Shown here: piece after piece, positions 57,616 through 64,000 of the stretch
Layout: each line of letters begins with the position of its first letter
Position numbering within the stretch: position 1 is the first letter of the stretch
From: Nanobdellota archaeon
GTDB taxonomy: Archaea; Nanobdellota; Nanobdellia; Woesearchaeales; WJKV01
Direction of reading: 5' to 3'
Assembly (NCBI GenBank): GCA_023133595.1
Contig: JAGLWF010000006.1
Span: 10,074-74,073, forward strand
Length of the DNA stretch: 64,000 bases
Program-made: the position numbers and the translations under genes
The notes under the pieces: model-generated
Seen by the model: only the letters and a program-made list of their open reading frames with translations
Databases searched by the model: none
What the model was told of the DNA's origin: nothing

Positions 57616-58092
57616 ATGAACATCGATGAGATCATACAAATAATCAAGCAAAAACCGCCCTACAGTAATCTCAGCAGTTACATCCATGGGAAAAGTCATG
57701 CTGAAAGGGTTTTGTTATTCGCTACAAAACTCGCAGAGAAATTAAATGAAAAAATAGATATGAAAGCTGTGACTATTGCTGCATTATTACATGATGTTGG
57801 AAGAGTGGATGATGGATTGGATCCAAATCATGGAAACAGATCAGCGATATTAGCAGAAGATTTTTTGAAAAAAAACAATATCGAATGCAATATTGAATTG
57901 ATAAAAAGAATCATAAGAAGACATTGTGAAGATGATTTTAGTGAGGCACCAGTAGAATGCCTTATAGTAGGAGATGCAGATAAATTAGACCGGTTCAGGT
58001 TAAGAGGGGATCCGTTAAGAGAGGAATATTTAGAATTAGCAGAATCACTGGAATTAGTAGATTTTGCAAGGAAGATGGACAATAACCTTTAA
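57616..58092 (+). CDS. HD-domain metal-dependent phosphohydrolase
   Basis: HGKSHAERV, AALLHDVGR, H, GDADKLDR. Confidence 0.88.
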   Translation: MNIDEIIQIIKQKPPYSNLSSYIHGKSHAERVLLFATKLAEKLNEKIDMKAVTIAALLHDVGRVDDGLDPNHGNRSAILAEDFLKKNNIECNIELIKRIIRRHCEDDFSEAPVECLIVGDADKLDRFRLRGDPLREEYLELAESLELVDFARKMDNNL

Positions 58093-58117
58093 TAATTCAG
58101 ATAACTTTATCCTTCTA

Positions 58118-58438
58118 ATGGATGTGAACAAGGCATACGAAACTTTGGAAAGATATTTCTCGAATGAGTTCATAGAAGGCAGGCAAACAAGATATGTCAT
58201 AGAGTCAGCAGAAGAGAGCTGGATGATGCCATTGGCCTGGCTATATGCAGCAACAGCATGCGCAAGGGATGGTGACAAGAAAAAGTTCAAGAACTGCTTG
58301 AATGAAGCAAAAAGGATGTATGGAGAGTTCACATCAAGAAGAGATGCGTCAGATAAAGTAATAGAAGAGGAAGATGCAGCACACACATTATGCAACAATA
58401 TTGATAAAGCTTTTGAACTGGTCAAGAAGAACCTTTGA
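58118..58438 (+). CDS. Hypothetical helical protein
   Basis: ATG 58118 preferred; follows the HD gene. Confidence 0.55.
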   Translation: MDVNKAYETLERYFSNEFIEGRQTRYVIESAEESWMMPLAWLYAATACARDGDKKKFKNCLNEAKRMYGEFTSRRDASDKVIEEEDAAHTLCNNIDKAFELVKKNL

Positions 58439-58874
58439 TCTTTCTGCAGAATTCTTCTATTCTCTCTTTATCATCAAGTCTCTTAGCTTTCAGCCCTAAT
58501 ACAGCCAATGGTCTTTTGCAGATCTTCTCCATGTCCTTGAAGGTCTTTCCTGCCTGCCTCCTGAATGTGCAGAAGAAAGCCACCTTCTTAAAATCATTTT
58601 TTTGAAGATACGCCCTGACACCAGGCGCAGCAATCCCTGCCCAGACAGGTGTTCCGACAACAACAATATCATATTCCTTAGGATCCTTTGCAAAAGATAT
58701 TTCTGTGGATTTTTTCCAGAACGCATCTTTTCCAGCAGCAAGCAATCCCAGCACACCTTTCCTGCTTTTCTTGTCAACAATATGGTCAAGGTCAGCTTTC
58801 AATGATCCTGCAAGCTCTTTTGCCAGCAGTCCTGTGTTTCCTGTGCGTGTATAGTATGTGACCAGTATATTCAT
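58422..58874 (-). CDS. Flavodoxin
   Basis: YYTRTGNT FMN-binding loop; YDIVVVGTPVWAG; VAFFCT. Confidence 0.88.
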   Translation of the reverse strand: MNILVTYYTRTGNTGLLAKELAGSLKADLDHIVDKKSRKGVLGLLAAGKDAFWKKSTEISFAKDPKEYDIVVVGTPVWAGIAAPGVRAYLQKNDFKKVAFFCTFRRQAGKTFKDMEKICKRPLAVLGLKAKRLDDKERIEEFCRKIKGSS

Positions 58875-59000
58875 AAAGAACCAAGGCGCAAAGCAGGTAT
58901 ATAATTTTTTCTATTTATCTTTCTCTTTCTGCCTCAAAAACCACAAAATATACCACATGTATTCCGTTATCTACTCTGTCTGGATTTTTTACAAAATCTT

Positions 59001-59441
59001 TTAGAACATAAACAATTGACCTTTTCTTCTTTCTCTTAATCTTTGCACCCATTCCTGGACTTCTCGCAGGCCGGTAGATTTGATGTCGTGGATTCGCCAT
59101 CGTAAATAAGTCATTGTGAATCCGTTCTGATCGTACAACCTTTGGCTCAGGTCTTCGATCTCTCTCTCGGTCCGGCATTCTCCGCAGTTCTCAAAAAGGT
59201 CACAGATAAAACAGCCGGAACATGGACCTCCAGTTCTGAAATTGTGAAGATGCCCGAATTCGTGGAGTATTGTGACAAATTCTCCTTCATAGGAAAGATC
59301 GGGTCGGATAGCGATAAAAAGTCCAGGATTGGTTGGAAGCTTGGATCTATATAAGCCTCCATCACCCGGCCGGACATCTATAGTTCGGACTACCTCTCTT
59401 CCAGACTTAAAATAATCATCCATAGTCAGGATCATTGACAT
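59001..59441 (-). CDS. HExxH metallopeptidase-like protein (ImmA/IrrE-like) with Cys cluster
   Basis: TILHEFGHLH followed by CSGCFICDLFENCGEC and EREIE. Confidence 0.65.
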   Translation of the reverse strand: MSMILTMDDYFKSGREVVRTIDVRPGDGGLYRSKLPTNPGLFIAIRPDLSYEGEFVTILHEFGHLHNFRTGGPCSGCFICDLFENCGECRTEREIEDLSQRLYDQNGFTMTYLRWRIHDIKSTGLREVQEWVQRLRERRKGQLFMF

Positions 59442-59523
59442 GATCAGAGTATTTTAGGATGGAATATTTATATTTTTGGATTAAAGAAAACATTTTAATA
59501 CTCCCTATCTCTCCCTAAATCAT

Positions 59524-60273
59524 ATGACAGAAGACACTTTCAGGCACACAGAAGATGATGAAGAGAGAGTTGTCTATCACGCAGGAAAAATAGATGAACC
59601 TATAAAATCAGTTCTTATACATACCAGAGGGGGATGGGTCTCTTTAGACAAATTATTGAACGGTCTTAGGGTCAAGCCTGAAGACATTGATGGTGAAGAA
59701 TTAGAAGGCATTGTTGATGAGGAATTGTTAGAAAATAACATCCCTCCAGGAGATCAGATATACAGGGAGTATGACAAGATAAAAAGTTATGCAGCTGCAG
59801 CAGTTATGCTTGCAGAAGCTATTCTGACAGCAGAAGAGCAAGGCTACTTTTTCCGCTTTCTTCCAGAAGAAGAGGTTTCAGCTGCACAACTGGAAATAGA
59901 GGATTTTCCTTCTTATCTAGGATTGATAAAGAAGAGACAGGAATCTCAGAAAACAGTATTTGATGAACTTAGAAGTCAGAAATTAAGTCTAACACAGAAA
60001 GCAGTATTAGACAGGACTAAAATCATAGTAACCACACAAATTCCAATAGCGGTTTTTGAGATGAATGATATAGCAGGAGCGACCGAAGAAGACAACAGAG
60101 AAAGAAGAAATAAAACAAAACATTATCTCTGCATTGTGAATGACGGAAAACATCCGCCATACTTCCAGTTGTTCTCAAGAGAAAAGACAATAAGCATAAA
60201 TGAATCGTATTATTTCAATCCGATGATGGCTGAAGATGAACTTATGGTGTACGAGCATTTCAGGCCTGATTAA
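59524..60273 (+). CDS. Hypothetical acidic protein
   Basis: 249-aa ORF with a TATA-like sequence upstream; no recognised motif. Confidence 0.7.
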   Translation: MTEDTFRHTEDDEERVVYHAGKIDEPIKSVLIHTRGGWVSLDKLLNGLRVKPEDIDGEELEGIVDEELLENNIPPGDQIYREYDKIKSYAAAAVMLAEAILTAEEQGYFFRFLPEEEVSAAQLEIEDFPSYLGLIKKRQESQKTVFDELRSQKLSLTQKAVLDRTKIIVTTQIPIAVFEMNDIAGATEEDNRERRNKTKHYLCIVNDGKHPPYFQLFSREKTISINESYYFNPMMAEDELMVYEHFRPD

Positions 60274-60293
60274 TGTCTATAGATGCTATCATC

Positions 60294-60812
60294 TTAATCT
60301 ATATTCTTATAAAATTCTTTTCTAGGCATATGCTTCTGTTTCATTATCTTTTTCATCTTCTTAATGAATTCTGACCTCAATTCAGGTTCATCATCGTTAT
60401 CTAAAGTTTTCCTCAAGAATTCAAGAAGCTCGATTGTAGAATAGATTTTTACCTTATTCTGCTCTTTTAATTTTTTATCATTGGACCAGATATCGCATCC
60501 TAGTTTCAATGCCAGGGCAAAATACATGAAATCATCCTTATCAGGAGATATTTTTCTTGCTTCTTCTAGAAAATCAGAAAATTCTCCTTTTGGGACTGTG
60601 ACAATAACTTCTTTCAATATATGCACGAGTTCGATATATTCACCTACAGAACGATGGGTCTTCTCCAAAATCATTTTTTCATATCGCATGAACTCTTTGA
60701 TCATGAATTCAGGAGCATATAGTTCTAAATCTTCCCTGAACAATAATCCAGAAGTAAGACTGTCTTTGATCAGCGCAGAAAACAATATATTTGCATCTAA
60801 TACTAATTTCAT
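60294..60812 (-). CDS. PIN-domain (VapC-like) toxin with C-terminal extension
   Basis: LVLDANILFS, PDKDDFMYFALA, IWSNDKKL; about 35 extra residues after the usual end. Confidence 0.88.
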   Translation of the reverse strand: MKLVLDANILFSALIKDSLTSGLLFREDLELYAPEFMIKEFMRYEKMILEKTHRSVGEYIELVHILKEVIVTVPKGEFSDFLEEARKISPDKDDFMYFALALKLGCDIWSNDKKLKEQNKVKIYSTIELLEFLRKTLDNDDEPELRSEFIKKMKKIMKQKHMPRKEFYKNID

Positions 60813-61027
60813 CTATATTTTTTTGCAAGCTTCCTCTTGAGTTTCCGTCCCATTTTCAGCGCTTCTTTATCAGTCATCTCACTAGTTTTGGTAAATTTTC
60901 TGAATTTCTCCAGCATAACCAATTTTTTCTTGATAGCTTCTCTTGCTACCGCGCTCCAATTGATCTCTGGAAAATTCTCCATTTCCTCTCTCAATTCTTC
61001 TGGGACTGCCAATGTCATGCTAACCAT
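60809..61027 (-). CDS. RHH-type antitoxin (VapB-like)
   Basis: MTLAVPEELREEMENFPEINWSAVAREAI; ATGA overlap with the PIN gene. Confidence 0.85.
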   Translation of the reverse strand: MVSMTLAVPEELREEMENFPEINWSAVAREAIKKKLVMLEKFRKFTKTSEMTDKEALKMGRKLKRKLAKKYR

Positions 61028-61038
61028 TTCGTATACCT

Positions 61039-61073
61039 CATGTATATTACGTATAATATGTATAATACGTATA
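61039..61073. promoter_or_regulatory. Four 9-bp-period direct repeats upstream of the RHH antitoxin (putative operator array)
   Basis: CATGTATA 61039, TACGTATA 61048, TATGTATA 61057, TACGTATA 61066. Confidence 0.55.
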
Positions 61074-61177
61074 TGAGATATATAAAGCTTTTGCTCCTCC
61101 TATAGATTTATTTATTTTTATTCTTTAAATGTTTTTCTCAGCTAAAATTAGAAGGATCATAAAAAAAGAAAAAAAAT

Positions 61178-62344
61178 TTATACGCACATCTCTCTGATTA
61201 GCGCAGAAACTTTTTCATCTAGCTTAACAACCTTGTCTTCTGTGGAAAATTCACGCGCGCCATACACCGCACGAGCATAACCCCGTCCCAACGGATTGAT
61301 AGAGATGCCAACGACGGGGGAGCCGTCGAATGTACTGGGTTTATCGCTAAGATTCACAGTCCGGACTTCAACAAAATTACCATTAACACCTATCTTCTCG
61401 AGAGTTGCAGGTTGTGGCTGGATAACATGACACTTACCATAACCGCGCTGGAGTATTGTTTGAGCATAAGATTCTGCAACATCATCAAGAAATATCGCTT
61501 TAATCAAATCATTCTGACCAAACTCAGACTTTCCATCGACTGCCTTGGTTCTTAACATAAGTTCAAAGTTTGGGCTACTTCTTTCAGTCTGCCTTATATC
61601 GTTATGAGTGTCTATGTAATGATAACAATCTTGATAATCATTACTTTTTATTATTAATTTATTGGCTTGTATAAATTCATTAACTCTGCTTATAGATTTA
61701 TTAAGTCTTCTTGTAAATTTATTAACTCTTTCATAATCATTACGAATATCATCAACTTCAACAATTCTGCCAGACTTTTCTGCTCTTAACAAAGCATTCT
61801 TAACCACACTATGACTAATATACAAAAGAAACTTCCCATCTTGCTCATACATCTTCAAACCTAGCCGCGAACAAGCCATAACAATGTTATCATCAGGATT
61901 TATTGTGTCATCAATAGCAGCATAAAACTTGTCGCCTACCTTAAAATAAAGAACAACAGTACGAGTTGATTGAAGCAAAGAAGCACCATAAGTCCAATTT
62001 TTCCAATCCGAATGTGTCGAATTTTGTGCTTCAATTTCAAAAGCACCATGTTCTCTAGCACTCTGCAAAATCCCGCCTGATGGAGTTATAAAGTAGTCCA
62101 TAATATTTGGTGAAGTAGCGGGAAAATGACTAAAACGAAAATCACTAAATTTTGAACAAGGGTAAGAAGGAAAAGACAGATCACCACTAAACAAATCACT
62201 AAACTCTACATCCTTAAAAGCAGGGTTTTCAATAGTATATTTTCTGATAAATTCTTTTCTCTCTTCTGCTGGTTCCTCATCGCTATATCTTGGGATGAAT
62301 TTTGTGATAAATTCTGCTTTATATTTGCTTTCCTTGATTACCAT
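61178..62344 (-). CDS. DGR-target-like variable protein, copy 3 (last in array, with insertions)
   Basis: Paralogue of the next two genes (ILQSAREHGAFEIEA, KSEFGQND, GVNGNFVEVR); variable block followed by GAREFSTEDKVVKLDEKVSALIREMC. Confidence 0.8.
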   Translation of the reverse strand: MVIKESKYKAEFITKFIPRYSDEEPAEERKEFIRKYTIENPAFKDVEFSDLFSGDLSFPSYPCSKFSDFRFSHFPATSPNIMDYFITPSGGILQSAREHGAFEIEAQNSTHSDWKNWTYGASLLQSTRTVVLYFKVGDKFYAAIDDTINPDDNIVMACSRLGLKMYEQDGKFLLYISHSVVKNALLRAEKSGRIVEVDDIRNDYERVNKFTRRLNKSISRVNEFIQANKLIIKSNDYQDCYHYIDTHNDIRQTERSSPNFELMLRTKAVDGKSEFGQNDLIKAIFLDDVAESYAQTILQRGYGKCHVIQPQPATLEKIGVNGNFVEVRTVNLSDKPSTFDGSPVVGISINPLGRGYARAVYGAREFSTEDKVVKLDEKVSALIREMCV

Positions 62345-62517
62345 TTGTTTTACCTCCGGGTTTTGTGTTCCTATCCGTAGTAAGCGTCATACTCTATATC
62401 ATCATAATCTAGCTATGGTATATTTTCTACTCCACACATCTCTCTGATTAGCGCAGAAACTTTTTCATCTAGATTAACAACCTTGTCTTCTGTGGAAAAT
62501 TCACGCGCGCCATACAC
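62331..62517. repeat. Near-identical junction repeat (gene 3' end + intergenic + RBS + next start)
   Basis: Matches 63269-63450 (offset 938) with few substitutions; the coding part also matches 61185-61267 (82/83 to 62435-62517). Confidence 0.95.
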
Positions 62518-63282
62518 TGCGCAAGAACGGCTAGCGCCGAAACAATCGTAGGCATAGACGCCGTTGAGGGAGTAGTAGTTGCCGCCAAGGCCCACAGGCC
62601 GGACTTCGATAAAGTTACCATCAACACCTATTTCTTTAAGTCTTTCAGGAGTTAAAGACCAAACACGACCAATTTCATAACTTAGTTGGTTAAGCGTTCT
62701 GTAATACTCTATAATACCATCACCTCGTTGGCTAAGCATTCTTGCATAAGGCTCTGCAACATCAAGCAAGATGGCCTTGTTCCAGTCATTCTGGCCAAAC
62801 TCTGATTTTCCATTAACTGCCTTGGTCTTAAGCTTAAGAGGACTCTCAGTTGCCTCAACAATTCTGCCAGTCTTTTCTGCTCTTGACAAAGCAGGTTTAA
62901 CAAGGGAATCATTAACAGGCAAAAGATACTTTCGCTCATTTGAATGAGATTTATATCCTTCTTGTGCACGAGCAATAACTATATTTTGCTCTGGATCAGC
63001 TATATCATCAATAGCACAATAGAACTTACCGCCCATCTTAAAATAAAGCGCGACATTACGAGTTGCTTGATATACATCAGCATCATGCTCGCCATTTGCT
63101 TCAATTCTAAAAGCTCCAGCTTCTCTAGCACTTTGCAAAATAGCACCATCACCTTGCTCAGTTGCGAATCGCACAGTTTTTGGCCAATTAAGCCATTCAT
63201 TAGAATGTCCAGTAAATTCAACACCCTTAAAAGAAGGGTTTTTCAGTTCATATTTTATAATACGTGTTTCCTTGATTATCAT
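62413..63282 (-). CDS. DGR-target-like variable protein, copy 2
   Basis: C-terminal EVRPVGLGGNYYSLNGVYAYDCFGASRSCAVYGAREF; 25 of 26 codons of the variable block end in C/T. Confidence 0.85.
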   Translation of the reverse strand: MIIKETRIIKYELKNPSFKGVEFTGHSNEWLNWPKTVRFATEQGDGAILQSAREAGAFRIEANGEHDADVYQATRNVALYFKMGGKFYCAIDDIADPEQNIVIARAQEGYKSHSNERKYLLPVNDSLVKPALSRAEKTGRIVEATESPLKLKTKAVNGKSEFGQNDWNKAILLDVAEPYARMLSQRGDGIIEYYRTLNQLSYEIGRVWSLTPERLKEIGVDGNFIEVRPVGLGGNYYSLNGVYAYDCFGASRSCAVYGAREFSTEDKVVNLDEKVSALIREMCGVENIP

Positions 63283-63350
63283 TTGTTTTACCTCCGGGTT
63301 TTGTGTTCCTATCCATAGTAAGCGTCATACTCTATATCATCATAATCTAT

Positions 63351-64000
63351 CTATGGTATATTTTCTACTCCGCACATCTCTCTGATTAGCGCGGAAACTT
63401 TTTCATCTAGATTAACAACCTTGTCTTCTGTGGAAAATTCACGTGCGCCACGCACCCCGCGAACCCAAGCATAAAGATTAAATTGGATGTTAGCAGCCAC
63501 AGTATTATCGTAGATGTAGTAGTTATCATCATAGCAGCGGCCACCGGGGAAGATTTTAGTTTTGGCGAAGGGATTGAGATGCACACATCGAACTTCAACA
63601 AAATTACCATCAACACCCATCCTCTCAAGACTTTCAGGTTCTAAAAACCACATATAGCCATAATTATAACCGCGCAGATGGCTCAGCATTTGAGCATAAG
63701 GCTCTGCAACATCAAGCAAAATAGCTTTATTCCCGTCATCCTGACCAAACTCAGACTTTCCATTAACTGCCTTGGTCTTAAGCCTATTAACACCTTTAGT
63801 AGCTTCAAAAATTCTGCCTGTTTTTTCTGCTCTTAACAAAGCACCCTTAACAAGGGGGTCTGTTATAGGCAGAAGATACTTGCCATTGAGAAAATGAGAT
63901 TCATCACCTTCCTGTGCACGGGCAATAACAAGATTTTGTTCAGGATTTATTGTATCATCAATAGCATGATAAAATTTGTCGTCAATCTTAATTCCAATAT
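63351..64000 (-). CDS. DGR-target-like variable protein, copy 1 (5' end beyond the window)
   Basis: Frame is open to the window edge (IGIKIDDKFYHAIDDTINPEQNLVIARAQEG...); variable block then GAREFSTEDKVVNLDEKVSALIREMCGVENIP. Confidence 0.85.
   Translation of the reverse strand, partial: IGIKIDDKFYHAIDDTINPEQNLVIARAQEGDESHFLNGKYLLPITDPLVKGALLRAEKTGRIFEATKGVNRLKTKAVNGKSEFGQDDGNKAILLDVAEPYAQMLSHLRGYNYGYMWFLEPESLERMGVDGNFVEVRCVHLNPFAKTKIFPGGRCYDDNYYIYDNTVAANIQFNLYAWVRGVRGAREFSTEDKVVNLDEKVSALIREMCGVENIP

Noticed and set aside
58915-59178. 87-aa minus-strand ORF overlapping the HExxH gene
   Set aside because: Mostly an alternate-frame overlap with no motif or RBS.
43000-61000. Classical integron or CALIN
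   Set aside because: Genes lie on both strands with their own promoters, only one repeat copy approaches attC geometry, its outer GTT is not conserved in the 53141 copy, and no IntI is seen. Kept only as a weak alternative.
1-64000. DGR reverse transcriptase, AAC-rich template repeat, transposases, tRNA and rRNA genes
   Set aside because: No YxDD RT motif in a suitable ORF, no AAC-rich non-coding copy of the variable regions, no DDE/HUH transposase motifs and no cloverleaf or rRNA-like sequence recognised by eye; a computational scan could still find something missed.

Overview
AT-rich archaeal chromosome segment, most consistent with a DPANN (Woesearchaeales-like) genome. Support: archaeal-type DnaG, NreA with a C-terminal PCNA-interacting motif, a NIP7-like protein, BRE/TATA promoters and GGAGG/GGTGA ribosome-binding sites; this assignment is inference, not a database result. 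Layout: (i) 0-18.5 kb, surface and secreted proteins (SppA, FG-GAP propeller, beta-helix protein, about 1840-aa cadherin-like adhesin) around a DnaG homologue whose TOPRIM DxD motif is lost; (ii) 18.7-35.8 kb, bacterial-type GAPDH, three tandem membrane-anchored paralogues sharing an unrecognised C-terminal domain, small orphan operons and NreA; (iii) 35.8-61 kb, an accessory island dense in toxin-antitoxin, Fic and nucleotidyltransferase genes, with several TA modules individually bracketed by direct or inverted repeats and one RelE frameshifted in an A7 run; (iv) 61.2-64 kb, a tandem array of three paralogues (the third cut by the window edge) whose C-terminal blocks look like diversity-generating retroelement (DGR) variable regions followed by a near-invariant 3' segment. 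No reverse transcriptase, template repeat, transposase, integrase, CRISPR array, tRNA or rRNA was recognised in the window. All counts and alignments were done by hand.
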